NCBI GenBank assembly: GCA_016710235.1
Contig: JADJLG010000001.1
Coordinates: 3,307,225 to 3,371,224, forward strand
Length of the DNA: 64,000 nt
Direction: 5' to 3'
Source of the DNA: Saprospiraceae bacterium
GTDB taxonomy: Bacteria > Bacteroidota > Bacteroidia > Chitinophagales > Saprospiraceae
In this document: one piece after another, positions 17,874 to 28,010 of the stretch
Layout: every line of letters begins with the position of its first letter
Numbering within the stretch: position 1 is the stretch's first letter
Program-made: the position numbers and the translations under genes
The notes under the pieces: model-generated
Told to the model about the DNA's origin: nothing
The model's database searches: none
Seen by the model: the letters and a program-made list of their open reading frames with translations, nothing else

Positions 17874-19094
17874 TCAATTAGTTTTTACAGAAAGTGAATC
17901 GTCCTCAAACTTGATGTCAAATGCCTCTTCACTTGATAAATCTTTCAGCCTTTTGACCCATTTCCCTTTTTGAATTACCATCGTATAGCCGCTTTTCAAT
18001 ATAGCAAATGGATTGCGAGATTCAATATGATTTTCCAGGTTTCGCAACTCGAGTTCCTGAATTTGAATCAGATTATGAAGACGCATATATATAGTTTGAG
18101 TATATTGATCGAGCCACTGTTGTTGGAGAATGAACTGTTGCTTAGCTAAAGCCAAAATTCTCATTTCATGTTCATGAATATTCTGTTTTTGAGCAACAAA
18201 AAGATCGTTGGATGCATCTTTAATTTCTTGCAATATTCCCAACATGTCGGTCTCAAAATCCAAATTATGGTTTACTATAAACTCTGCAGCGGCAGTAGGA
18301 GTTTTTACACTTTGAAAAGCGTTTAAGTCTGCTACTGATTCATCTGTCGAATGTCCAATTCCAACTATAACAGGGATTGGAACTGTAGCTATTTTAGCGC
18401 TGATTCGATAGGAATCGAAGTCAATTAAATCCAACTTTGCTCCTCCTCCCCGAATGATTACGACGAGCTCATATTTCCAGCTCTGCTTAATGATTTTCTC
18501 CAAAGAAGAACAAACTTCTTCTTCAGTATTCTGTCCCTGCATAGCAGCATAGAAATATTTAACATTGAATGAATACTGATAATTATTCTGCATCAAATGG
18601 TCGTGGAAGTCTGACTTTCCGGCTGCACTTTTGGAACTGATGACGGCTATATTTTTAATGGCTACCGCCAATTCTGTTTCTTTATTTCTTTGCCACAAAT
18701 GCTGATCTATCAATTTTTGAATGGTAGCAGCTCTTTTTTGAGCAATTTGGCCATATGTAAATTTCGGATCGATATTATTGATGACTAGTTTAAGCCCAAA
18801 CCGAACATGATATTCTACAAATACTTGAATTCGGATGTCATTCCCCGCTTTGAGGAGGAGTTCTAGTTCTGATGGGAAATGTTTATATAAATTTAGAAAA
18901 TTTAATCGCCACAAAACAGCACTTGCCTGAGCTACTATGTCTTCATTTTCCTTTTCCGCAAGTTCAAGGTACCAATGCCCTCTACTTTCCTTAACTGAGG
19001 CTATTTCTGCTGTAATCCATACCGGTTCTTGAAAATTTACAGCTATCGCTCTCCGGATATATTCGTTGAGCTTACTGAGCCTTAAGGAAGACAT
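17874..19094 (-). CDS. xseA: exodeoxyribonuclease VII large subunit
   Basis: N-terminal OB fold (VWITAEIASVKESRGHWYLEL) and catalytic core (VVIIRGGGAKLDLIDFD...GIGHSTDESVAD). Confidence 0.9.
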   Translation of the reverse strand: MSSLRLSKLNEYIRRAIAVNFQEPVWITAEIASVKESRGHWYLELAEKENEDIVAQASAVLWRLNFLNLYKHFPSELELLLKAGNDIRIQVFVEYHVRFGLKLVINNIDPKFTYGQIAQKRAATIQKLIDQHLWQRNKETELAVAIKNIAVISSKSAAGKSDFHDHLMQNNYQYSFNVKYFYAAMQGQNTEEEVCSSLEKIIKQSWKYELVVIIRGGGAKLDLIDFDSYRISAKIATVPIPVIVGIGHSTDESVADLNAFQSVKTPTAAAEFIVNHNLDFETDMLGILQEIKDASNDLFVAQKQNIHEHEMRILALAKQQFILQQQWLDQYTQTIYMRLHNLIQIQELELRNLENHIESRNPFAILKSGYTMVIQKGKWVKRLKDLSSEEAFDIKFEDDSLSVKTN

Positions 19095-19102
19095 GGAGAA
19101 TA

Positions 19103-20308
19103 TTAACCGGCTAAAACCTTCTTTACAAGATCAGCGGCTTCCTGCAATTGAATCGCTGAGAATACTTTTAATCCTGCATCGTCGATCATTTTCTTTGCTA
19201 TATCTGCATTTGTACCTTGCAGCCTTACAATTATTGGTACGTGAATGTTTCCCATGTTTTTATAAGCATCTATGATACCTTGAGCTACTCGGTCACATCT
19301 CACAATCCCTCCAAAAATATTCACCAGTATCGCCTTTACTGCAGGATCTTTTAGAATAATACGAAAAGCAGTTTCTACCCTGGCAGCATCTGCTGTGCCA
19401 CCAACATCCAAAAAATTAGCGGGATTTCCTCCAGACAATTTTATTATATCCATTGTCGCCATCGCAAGTCCTGCTCCATTCACCATGCATCCCACATTAC
19501 CATCAAGGTTGACATAATTGAGATTGGCATCTCTGGCCTCAACTTCAGTAGGATCTTCTTCAGAAATATCACGCATGGCTTCAATATCTGCGTGCCTATA
19601 TAATGCATTATCATCAATTGCAAATTTGCAATCAACAGCTATAATTCGATCATCGCCTGTATGTAAACATGGGTTAATTTCAATTAAAGTGGCATCATTC
19701 CCTACAAAAGCATTATACAGTTTGTTGACAAATACACACATTTCCTTGTATGCTTTGCCACCCAATCCTAATTGAAACGCTATTTTGCGCGCTTGAAAAT
19801 CCTGGAATCCAAGAGCTGGATCCACGAATTCTTTATGCACTAGATGAGGAGTTTCTTCAGCTACTTTTTCTATATCCATTCCACCCTGCGTGGAATAGAT
19901 AATTACATTCTTTTGGCTTCCTCTATCAGTTAAAATTGAAAAATAATATTCTTTGCATGCATCAAAATCTGGAGCATAAGAATCTTCGGCTAAAAGGATT
20001 TTATTTACTTTTTTACCAGGACCTTCCAGTCCACCTGGAGTCTGCGGCGTTTTGAGCATCATCCCCAATATTTGGTTTCCGATTTGGATCGTTTCCTCTT
20101 TGGACTTTCCAAGCTTTACACCTCCTCCCTTGCCTCTTCCACCGGCATGAATTTGCGCTTTCACAACTACAAATTTGCTACCAGTTTCTGCTACCAAATC
20201 ATCGTAGGCATTTGCCATATCGGATTGATTTTCAACTAAAACACCCCTTTGGACAGGGATTTCATATTTACTTAAGAGTTTTTTTCCCTGATATTCGTGG
20301 AGATTCAT
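19103..20308 (-). CDS. sucC: succinate--CoA ligase (ADP-forming) beta subunit
   Basis: MNLHEYQGKKLLSKYEIPVQRG...VVKAQIHAGGRGKGGGVK...NLDGNVGCMVNGAGLAMATMD. Confidence 0.95.
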   Translation of the reverse strand: MNLHEYQGKKLLSKYEIPVQRGVLVENQSDMANAYDDLVAETGSKFVVVKAQIHAGGRGKGGGVKLGKSKEETIQIGNQILGMMLKTPQTPGGLEGPGKKVNKILLAEDSYAPDFDACKEYYFSILTDRGSQKNVIIYSTQGGMDIEKVAEETPHLVHKEFVDPALGFQDFQARKIAFQLGLGGKAYKEMCVFVNKLYNAFVGNDATLIEINPCLHTGDDRIIAVDCKFAIDDNALYRHADIEAMRDISEEDPTEVEARDANLNYVNLDGNVGCMVNGAGLAMATMDIIKLSGGNPANFLDVGGTADAARVETAFRIILKDPAVKAILVNIFGGIVRCDRVAQGIIDAYKNMGNIHVPIIVRLQGTNADIAKKMIDDAGLKVFSAIQLQEAADLVKKVLAG

Positions 20309-20348
20309 AATTACAGCTAATTTCTTTTCTTCGGTTTAATTAAATCTT

Positions 20349-21824
20349 TTATTCTACTACTATTTTCTTTGCTATAATACCTGATTCTGTGGTCAATTGA
20401 AGAACATAGACTCCTGAACTCAGATGTAAATCAGTCAAAGTTGCCATACTTCTATTATACATATTCCAATTGAGTTTGTCTGTTACTCGCTGACCAGCAA
20501 TTGTCATGATTTCAATGTTTTGAACTCCGAGCTCTTGGGGAAAAGTCACAATCAAATTTTTACCCCGAGTCACAGGATTTGGAAAAACAGTAACTTCCGG
20601 AGTACCAAATCCATCTGAGTTACTCGTCTGCAAACCTTCCGCATAAAACTTAATCGGATGAGCATATGTGCCATTGAATTCAAAATCATTGACTGCTTTG
20701 ACTCTGGCATAATATGTTTTACCGGGCAAGAGTGAATCAATATAAGTTGATGTGGATTCTATAATCTCGTTTTTAACAATAATACTAAATGAAGGGGCAC
20801 GAGCTACTTGTACCAAGTAATACTTTGCACCTTCTACTTTGGGCCATGTTATGGTAAGAGACTTATATGGTACAGTTGACTCATTCAAAGGATATATAAA
20901 ATCAAATGAATCCGTATTTTGATATATTGGCTTTACATTTGGGCGGAGCAATATTTGCCTTCGATTAGAAATGTTATTGAGCATTCCATTGTTTTGTTCA
21001 TTTGAAAATCTAGACATACATCCATCGAATGCATAAGACATAAACAAACTGCCATCAGCATTAAAAATAGAATCATTAAGATCTTTTAAATTAATAAGAC
21101 TCCTGTTATTTGCATCACATGGCCACCTATCGCTTATATAATCAGGCTCTGTGTCACAAAATTGGTCTGCTTGTGAATTGCAATCAATGCGTTCAACATT
21201 CTCAATCTGATTCCAAACCTTAGCCTTGTATTCTGCAGTTGATTTTTGAAAAGAATAATCTATACCCTCCCATCCAAAGAAAGTGTGCGGAAGTGAAAAA
21301 AAATGGCCCAATTCATGCGCCCAGGTATGGCTCAATTTACCTAAACAACTTTTACTCAATGCGACCCCATCGCCATTATAAGTATAATACCCACAATTTC
21401 CAGCCGGGTTTTGTACAAGATAACAATTTACCTGATCGGCGACATTGTTTTCGATCATCATTTCTTCACCGTCATTATAATCTTTGTGGTCATTCCATTT
21501 TGTTCTCGATATATAATGAATTGGTTTTTCAAGAAAAAACTGAATTCCTGATTTTTCAAAATCCTTATTTAATGTACCTAATGTTTCATACAATTGCCAG
21601 TTGCCATAATATGAACTGCTTCCATCATTACTTAAACTGTGGATCAAGAGCGGAATATATATGGTTTGAGCAAAATCCGGCCTAGAATTTCCTTGTTCTC
21701 CTGATGACAGATCTATCATTCGCTGCTGATCAACATGGCTAGTACCACAATACTGTGATTGAAGATGATTATACTGTATTAAACAAAGTACCAGAATGCT
21801 AAAAAATTTCATTTTAACTATCAT
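20349..21824 (-). CDS. secreted zinc metalloprotease (M43/pappalysin-like HExxHxxxxxH) with a T9SS C-terminal sorting domain
   Basis: Signal peptide, active site WAHELGHFFSLPHTFFGWE, an FN3-like module (TITWPKVEGAKYYLVQV) and the C-terminus VFPNPVTRGKNLIV...GVYVLQLTTESGIIAKKIVVE. Confidence 0.7.
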   Translation of the reverse strand: MIVKMKFFSILVLCLIQYNHLQSQYCGTSHVDQQRMIDLSSGEQGNSRPDFAQTIYIPLLIHSLSNDGSSSYYGNWQLYETLGTLNKDFEKSGIQFFLEKPIHYISRTKWNDHKDYNDGEEMMIENNVADQVNCYLVQNPAGNCGYYTYNGDGVALSKSCLGKLSHTWAHELGHFFSLPHTFFGWEGIDYSFQKSTAEYKAKVWNQIENVERIDCNSQADQFCDTEPDYISDRWPCDANNRSLINLKDLNDSIFNADGSLFMSYAFDGCMSRFSNEQNNGMLNNISNRRQILLRPNVKPIYQNTDSFDFIYPLNESTVPYKSLTITWPKVEGAKYYLVQVARAPSFSIIVKNEIIESTSTYIDSLLPGKTYYARVKAVNDFEFNGTYAHPIKFYAEGLQTSNSDGFGTPEVTVFPNPVTRGKNLIVTFPQELGVQNIEIMTIAGQRVTDKLNWNMYNRSMATLTDLHLSSGVYVLQLTTESGIIAKKIVVE

Positions 21825-21855
21825 TCAAATAAGTTTAATTTCTGCCTTGAACAAA

Positions 21856-23397
21856 TTATGGTATAAATATTTTTCCTGTCTGAGTTTTCCTATTTCTTGC
21901 TTCCAGTGTGTAGAAATATAATCCGGCAGCGTGATTACCGCTTCCCAAAGAAACTGATCCATTTTCTAAACTGACAATTTGGCGCGAAGAAATTTTACCT
22001 TCAGGATTGTAAATTTTAAGTTCTACTTGATCAATTGTTTCGTTAGAAATAAGAACAAGCTCTCTATTTTCTAAATCAAATCGGAGGCTTGCATTCCATG
22101 AATTCAGGTAGACATCATCTGATGCGGTTTTTACAGAAGTATTGTAAAAACTTTTTACAGTTGGGGTAAAGCAAACGCTATTGGAATTGTAAGGAATGAC
22201 CCTCCAATAATAACGCTTACTTGGTTTCAAATTTCTGAGTACAGTATCTACCCTAGTTGTTGTCCAACTTATAGTATTCAAGGTGAAGCCAAATAATTCG
22301 GATACTTCAACGTAATAATTATCAGCATTTGTCACAGGTTCCCATTTAAAATAAACGGAATCATAAGACCATACTGAATCCAAAGGAGTAGTGTAATTGA
22401 CTGCAGAGCTAATCGATGATTTTGGAGTATAAACAGGAGTTCTGAGATAAGATCTGCGAGGAGAATTGTAATCTAAGTTTATAGCTGACTTTTGTTCGCT
22501 CGAAAAAACGGCAAGACAATTCAAAAAATAACTCATCATATTATCTTCATCCGGATCCAAAATATGCCCTGCAGGATCATCCACATTACCAGACCACTGG
22601 CATGAACCATTCCACCCGAATCCAAGATTATAATCAGCTTGGGTATCACAAAAGCCATCAGCTGCAATGTTGCAATGCAATTTACCATTTGCATACAGCT
22701 TTGTTCTATCATAGTATTCAGTGAGAATATTACTACAAACATTATTCGGTGGATCTTGAGGGTCGAACGTTCCACATTCCCAACCAAAAAATGTATGCGC
22801 TAATGAAAAGTAATGCCCAATTTCATGCGCTAATGTTGTGCCTTTAGAGTTTACATAATTCATATCTGCCACGATGTAATCGCCATTTGGACTATAAAAT
22901 GCTAAAACGCCAGGTTCTGAAGCATTTGCTTTACTGGCGACGAAAATATTGATTGCATTATGATTAGCAGATCCATTTGCAAGTGAAGACAAAGAAGCAG
23001 CACTTGTGGTGGCACTTGGGTCTGTATAAATATTAGTGTTGTTTGGACGCTTGATTTCTTTCAAATAAAAAACGATGTCTTGATCTGCATATAATTTATT
23101 TATAGCACACAAATTATCAAACACATTCTTTGTTGTCAATCTACCTGTTCCATCATTCTTTGCATAAAGGTGATATCTTACCGGAATATACCTTATTGCG
23201 CCGCTTCTCGGCGTGACTATTCCATTTGCAGCTTCTCTATTCTCCATCATTCTTTGCTTAATGATCATTTGATCTTCAATAGATGTACCGCAGGTGCCAA
23301 TAATACCGGATTGAGTAAAGATTGAACCAGGAAGTAGAAAGCTCATTGCCAATACAACAAAAAGTCTTTCCAAAGAAATAATGATTGATTTTTTCAT
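21856..23397 (-). CDS. secreted zinc metalloprotease, paralog of the previous gene, with a T9SS C-terminal sorting domain
   Basis: LAHEIGHYFSLAHTFFGWE, FN3-like YFKWEPVTNADNYYVEV and the C-terminus GLYFYTLEARNRKTQTGKIFIP. Start taken as ATG 23397 (MKKSIIISLERLF). Confidence 0.7.
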   Translation of the reverse strand: MKKSIIISLERLFVVLAMSFLLPGSIFTQSGIIGTCGTSIEDQMIIKQRMMENREAANGIVTPRSGAIRYIPVRYHLYAKNDGTGRLTTKNVFDNLCAINKLYADQDIVFYLKEIKRPNNTNIYTDPSATTSAASLSSLANGSANHNAINIFVASKANASEPGVLAFYSPNGDYIVADMNYVNSKGTTLAHEIGHYFSLAHTFFGWECGTFDPQDPPNNVCSNILTEYYDRTKLYANGKLHCNIAADGFCDTQADYNLGFGWNGSCQWSGNVDDPAGHILDPDEDNMMSYFLNCLAVFSSEQKSAINLDYNSPRRSYLRTPVYTPKSSISSAVNYTTPLDSVWSYDSVYFKWEPVTNADNYYVEVSELFGFTLNTISWTTTRVDTVLRNLKPSKRYYWRVIPYNSNSVCFTPTVKSFYNTSVKTASDDVYLNSWNASLRFDLENRELVLISNETIDQVELKIYNPEGKISSRQIVSLENGSVSLGSGNHAAGLYFYTLEARNRKTQTGKIFIP

Positions 23398-23493
23398 ATT
23401 TGTAAATAAAGCTGCAAAATTAAGATTTATTTCCACTTCGATACTGTAGTTTTGTGGCGCAAAAAACAGGTTTTACTTAAATAACGTACAGAA

Positions 23494-24429
23494 ATGAACA
23501 AAGTTACCGTAATCGGCGCTGGAAATGTTGGTGCAACAGTTGCAAATGTCCTCGCCCATAGAGATTTTATAAAGGAAATCGTCCTGGTGGACATTAAAAG
23601 TGAAATGGCCCAAGGGAAAGCTCTGGACACTTGCCAACAGGCTCCAATAGATTATTACTCTACAAGAGTTATCGGAACTGACAATTATGAGGCCACTAAA
23701 GATTCTGATATCATCGTTATTACCGCAGGTTTACCTAGAAAACCAGGCATGTCACGTGACGACTTAATTTCTACAAATGCTGGAATTGTGAACTCGGTGA
23801 CCAAATCCTGTATGGCCTATAGCAAAAATCCTATCATTATTGTAGTTTCAAACCCTCTGGATGTCATGACTTATGCTGCACACCAAGTGAGTGGCTTGCC
23901 GGCAAACCGCATTATTGGTATGGCAGGTATACTGGATACTGCAAGATATAGAGCATTTCTGTCTGAAGCCTTAAATGTTTCTCCAAAAGATATCCAAGCT
24001 ATCTTGATGGGAGGACATGGTGACAGCATGGTTCCACTTCCAAGATATACAACTGTTGCAGGGATTCCTGTAACAGAATTGATTGATTCTGCTAGACTAA
24101 ATGAGATTGTAGAAAGAACAAAATATGGAGGTGGAGAATTGGTGAAATTGATGGGAACTTCTGCTTGGTATGCACCTGGAGCCGCTGCCGCACAAATGGT
24201 AGAGGCCATTCTCAAAGACGAAAACAGAATCTTCCCATGTTGCGTTAAATTATCGGGTCAATACGGCATTGATGGAGTATTTGTAGGCGTACCTGTGAAA
24301 TTAGGTAGAAATGGAGTAGAACAAATTCTTGAAATTCCTCTTTCTCCAGACGAAAAAACTCTTCTAGACAAATCTGCTACAGAAGTTAGGTCAACGATGG
24401 ATGTGTACGACAATCTCCCCAAAGCCTGA
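23494..24429 (+). CDS. mdh: malate dehydrogenase (LDH-like family)
   Basis: MNKVTVIGAGNVGATVA...ITAGLPRKPGMSRDDL...VSNPLD...GGHGDSMVP. Confidence 0.95.
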   Translation: MNKVTVIGAGNVGATVANVLAHRDFIKEIVLVDIKSEMAQGKALDTCQQAPIDYYSTRVIGTDNYEATKDSDIIVITAGLPRKPGMSRDDLISTNAGIVNSVTKSCMAYSKNPIIIVVSNPLDVMTYAAHQVSGLPANRIIGMAGILDTARYRAFLSEALNVSPKDIQAILMGGHGDSMVPLPRYTTVAGIPVTELIDSARLNEIVERTKYGGGELVKLMGTSAWYAPGAAAAQMVEAILKDENRIFPCCVKLSGQYGIDGVFVGVPVKLGRNGVEQILEIPLSPDEKTLLDKSATEVRSTMDVYDNLPKA

Positions 24430-24535
24430 TCGCTACAAATAGAGAATTTTAAACTCTTTTTGCTTAACTGAAATTCAATTGTAAAAGCAAAGACTTTGCC
24501 GGCAAACAAAATTGTCCTGCCAATGTTATGCAATT

Positions 24536-25104
24536 ATGAAAGTGCCGCCAATAATATTCAGACAGATGAAAACTGATACCGGTTTTACAGTTTCTGAATT
24601 GTCAAAATCGAATCGTATCCTACTTGTTTTTTGAGGCATTTCGGCTGTATTTTCTGTAGAGAAGCACTGGACGATTTGAGTAAAATAAAAACTCAACTCG
24701 AACGCCAGAATCAAAATGTTGTCTTTGTACATATGGCATCGCCTGAAAAGGCAAGCCCATACTTCTCCAAATATAATCTGGACACGGCACACAAAATCGC
24801 TGATCAGGATTGTACTTTCTACCATGCTTTCGGTTTAATGAAAGGAACATTCAATCAACTTTTTGGATTTCACAGTTGGCTCAGAGGTATTGAAGCGGGA
24901 ATTATCAGAGGACATGGCATGAGTGCCCAATTGGGTGATGGGTTCCAGATGCCCGGTGTTTTTGTCATCGAAAATGATGAAGTTGTAAGTCATTTTATTC
25001 ACACAAAAGTTTCTGACAAACCAGATTACTTGTCTATGGTGTTGGATCGAACTACTGGTCCTTCGACTCCTATGGTAAAATGGAGGAGGATGTCTGCAAA
25101 ATGA
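24536..25104 (+). pseudogene. thioredoxin-fold peroxiredoxin-like (AhpC/TSA_2-type) CxxC protein, interrupted by a 1-nt frameshift
   Basis: The track ORF 24631..25104 starts inside the conserved motif (L)RHFGCIFCRE. The upstream 33 codons, MKVPPIIFRQMKTDTGFTVSELSKSNRILLVF, are in another frame and stop at 24632-24634. One extra T in the T6 run at 24627-24632 would give ...RILLVFLRHFGCIFCRE. Confidence 0.65.
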
Positions 25105-25167
25105 TTTAAGATTTTCAAAATTTTTTTGACTTATAAAATCTATCTCCAAGGAGTGCGTTTAACGTGA

Positions 25168-26070
25168 ATGAAGTACCTGTTTAAAGTATTAATCGTTGCA
25201 TTTTTTTCCAAACTGAGTTCAGTTAATGGTCAAACTGCCATTTGGACTAAAGCAGATAGTTTATTATTCTATTCTGATGCAATGCTAACTTGCACGGTGC
25301 CTAAATTCCGGGAAGCTGCTGCTGAAAAATTCAAGCCTCTGCTTTTGGAATATTTAAATGCCGTAAAACCAAGTGACGATAATTTAAATTTTGAAAATCG
25401 AATTGCTGTCATTCAACCCTCCAACCAAGATTTTACACTTTACTCGTGGCAGTACCAATCCCAAGAAAATGAATGGAAATATGAAGCAGTCATCAGGTGG
25501 AGAACTGGAAGAATCACTGAACTAACCAGGGAGATCAGAGATTATAATCGCATACGAATGGAGGTTTTTGGAGAATCAAATTGGTATGGCGCCATGTATT
25601 ATTTTATATTACCCATTCTTGAAAACACAAAAAATGAGTACACTCTTTTCGGTTTTGCTCAAGATCAACAAGATTATAAATACAAAATTATAGAAACAAT
25701 CACTGTAGAGGATGAAAAATTGACATTTGGTAAACCCATATATCGAATTTCAGACGATCAAGGGGGAACTGACAAGTTTTTCAGACAAGTCATCCCCTAT
25801 TCAAAAGAATCAAATTGTGTTGTTGAGTTCAATGAGGCAGAAAATGAAATACAATATGACCATATAGCCACTATAACAGACAACTTCACACCAGCCAACA
25901 AAATCCTTAAAATACCAGACGGTAGCTATGAAAGCTTGTCGTGGACGGGTACATTTTGGAAGCATGATCCGCACCTCAAAATCGAGCCATTGAATCAAGC
26001 ACCACGCACCAAGCCGGTATTGGGTAATGATAATAAAGATATCCTGGGTAGGGATTTGAAAAAAAAATGA
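25168..26070 (+). CDS. hypothetical secreted protein
   Basis: 300-aa ORF with a signal-peptide-like N-terminus (MKYLFKVLIVAFFSKLSSVNGQ). I recognise no motif. Confidence 0.5.
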   Translation: MKYLFKVLIVAFFSKLSSVNGQTAIWTKADSLLFYSDAMLTCTVPKFREAAAEKFKPLLLEYLNAVKPSDDNLNFENRIAVIQPSNQDFTLYSWQYQSQENEWKYEAVIRWRTGRITELTREIRDYNRIRMEVFGESNWYGAMYYFILPILENTKNEYTLFGFAQDQQDYKYKIIETITVEDEKLTFGKPIYRISDDQGGTDKFFRQVIPYSKESNCVVEFNEAENEIQYDHIATITDNFTPANKILKIPDGSYESLSWTGTFWKHDPHLKIEPLNQAPRTKPVLGNDNKDILGRDLKKK

Positions 26071-26073
26071 ATT

Positions 26074-27396
26074 CTATTTCCTTTCCTTCCAAAAGCGGAC
26101 ACTGAAAATCATTTCTGTTCGCTCATCAACTCTCACTTCTTCTGAAATTAAATGTGGTATTACTGCAACTATTTTCTCTGAATCTTGAAGAATAACCGCA
26201 TTCATTTTTTCATGCTGTGCCAATTTTTTGTTTGAAAAAATATCTTGTAGTTTTTTAGTGCCTATTGTCATACCAAACGGTTTCATGCGATCTCCCGACT
26301 CCCATTGACGCAAGACTAATCTCTCTGAGATTTTGGCCATGTCCCCATAGAGCATGTTTGTTTGAAATTTGCTTGTGTATTGTTTCAGGTGCTCTTTAGG
26401 AAAAATTTCTATTTCTAGATTCCAATTTGCGAATTTTAATTTTTGAGCTTCTAACTTAAAAGTTTCGGTTTGATTGAACTCCGAATTTAAATCAAGGAAA
26501 ATCCAAATCCAGTCTCTATCTATTCTAATAAGTTTGTCATTCTTAACAGCAGTAAATTGGGCTCCGGTATGCGTGTTTTTATCCAAAATCAGATTTATTT
26601 GTTCATACCCGAAGCCTATTTCCAAAAAATACCTGCTGAGAAAGTACCTGTGGTCATAGCGTGATAATTTGAACACTTCTTTTCCTTCGTCCGATACATT
26701 TATTTTTCTCCATTGATCATATTGGTCATCTAATATTTCTGAAGCATCTTGGATCAAACATACACTTTTCACCACATTCATACTGAAATGAGGCAATCGA
26801 TCTTCTATAGCAGGAATGATGGTATTCCGAAAAAAATTTCTCAAATACTCAGACTTTAGATTTGATTCGTCATGATTATAAAGAATGCCATGATTTTGTG
26901 CATAAGTTTCAATTAATTTTGGATCACAGCTTAAAAGAGGCCGGAGAATATTACCCTGTAATGCTGGTATTGATTTCAGCCCCAAAATTCCTGAACCTCT
27001 GCTCAGATTCATCAAAAAAGTCTCTACTAAGTCAGCACTGTGATGCGCAGTGATTATCCATTTACAGCTTTCTTTGGCAGCAATTTCTAAAAAAAACTGG
27101 TACCTGATTCTTCTAGCATTTTCCTGCAAGTTTCCAGGAACCAAATCCCCCGGTTCAATTGATTTTACGGCACATTCAATTTTGTGTGTTTCACACCAAG
27201 CTTTAACCAAAGCTTCGTCTTTATCAGAATCCAGACGTAAATGGTAATTAACATGAGCCACCATTATATGATATCCCAAATCAAACATCAGGTGGAGGAG
27301 TACCATAGAATCTCTTCCACCGCTCACACAAAGCAAAAGTTTGTCTTCTTGCTTGATAAAACCCTGATTTTGAATAATTTTGTGGAGTGAATTCAT
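26074..27396 (-). CDS. tilS: tRNA(Ile)-lysidine synthetase
   Basis: PP-loop LLCVSGGRDSMVLLHL, HVNYHLR and TAHHSADLVETFLMNLSRGSG. Confidence 0.9.
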   Translation of the reverse strand: MNSLHKIIQNQGFIKQEDKLLLCVSGGRDSMVLLHLMFDLGYHIMVAHVNYHLRLDSDKDEALVKAWCETHKIECAVKSIEPGDLVPGNLQENARRIRYQFFLEIAAKESCKWIITAHHSADLVETFLMNLSRGSGILGLKSIPALQGNILRPLLSCDPKLIETYAQNHGILYNHDESNLKSEYLRNFFRNTIIPAIEDRLPHFSMNVVKSVCLIQDASEILDDQYDQWRKINVSDEGKEVFKLSRYDHRYFLSRYFLEIGFGYEQINLILDKNTHTGAQFTAVKNDKLIRIDRDWIWIFLDLNSEFNQTETFKLEAQKLKFANWNLEIEIFPKEHLKQYTSKFQTNMLYGDMAKISERLVLRQWESGDRMKPFGMTIGTKKLQDIFSNKKLAQHEKMNAVILQDSEKIVAVIPHLISEEVRVDERTEMIFSVRFWKERK

Positions 27397-27418
27397 TGTT
27401 CAAATATCCGATATATTC

Positions 27419-27955
27419 ATGAAAACTAAATTATTGCTACTTACATTAGTCGTTAGCTATGCTGCTTGCAAACATGATCCCAGATCCAATCAAACTACTG
27501 CCCCACCGGTTGTTCAAGACAACACAACGAAAGAGGAAGCTGTTCCATCAGTAAAAGTCGCATTTGCAAAAATAGACAATGATTTTCTCAATAGGGTTCG
27601 TGATCAAAAACCCGCACCAATGATTACAGACTCTATTTGGCATCATTACGTAGGTATATCTATCCGAATCAAAGACCCGTTAATCTATAAAGGTGATTGG
27701 ATTGATTTACTTCCAGGAGGTGATTATAAATCCGGAAAGTACAGTCGTACTTTGGACCAAGGAAAATTTGTTTTTGATGAACTGAGCCAAAAACTTGAAT
27801 TGAGATCATCCCAGCAAGACAGCTCATCTGAATGGAGGGTCAAAGTTGATCCTGATGCTATGCTGTTGATTGGAACAGAAAAATACCAAAACAATCCTTG
27901 GCAGATCAAACTAGTTCGCAAATACGCGATTCCTTCAGAGTCATCAGGCAATTAG
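27419..27955 (+). CDS. hypothetical lipoprotein
   Basis: MKTKLLLLTLVVSYAAC is a lipobox-like signal. I recognise no motif. The ORF-track start at 27380 overlaps tilS. Confidence 0.5.
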   Translation: MKTKLLLLTLVVSYAACKHDPRSNQTTAPPVVQDNTTKEEAVPSVKVAFAKIDNDFLNRVRDQKPAPMITDSIWHHYVGISIRIKDPLIYKGDWIDLLPGGDYKSGKYSRTLDQGKFVFDELSQKLELRSSQQDSSSEWRVKVDPDAMLLIGTEKYQNNPWQIKLVRKYAIPSESSGN

Positions 27956-28010
27956 TTCAATTCAACTTCTACTTGGGATTCATTAGTACTAATCACGTGG
28001 TGAGTTGAAA

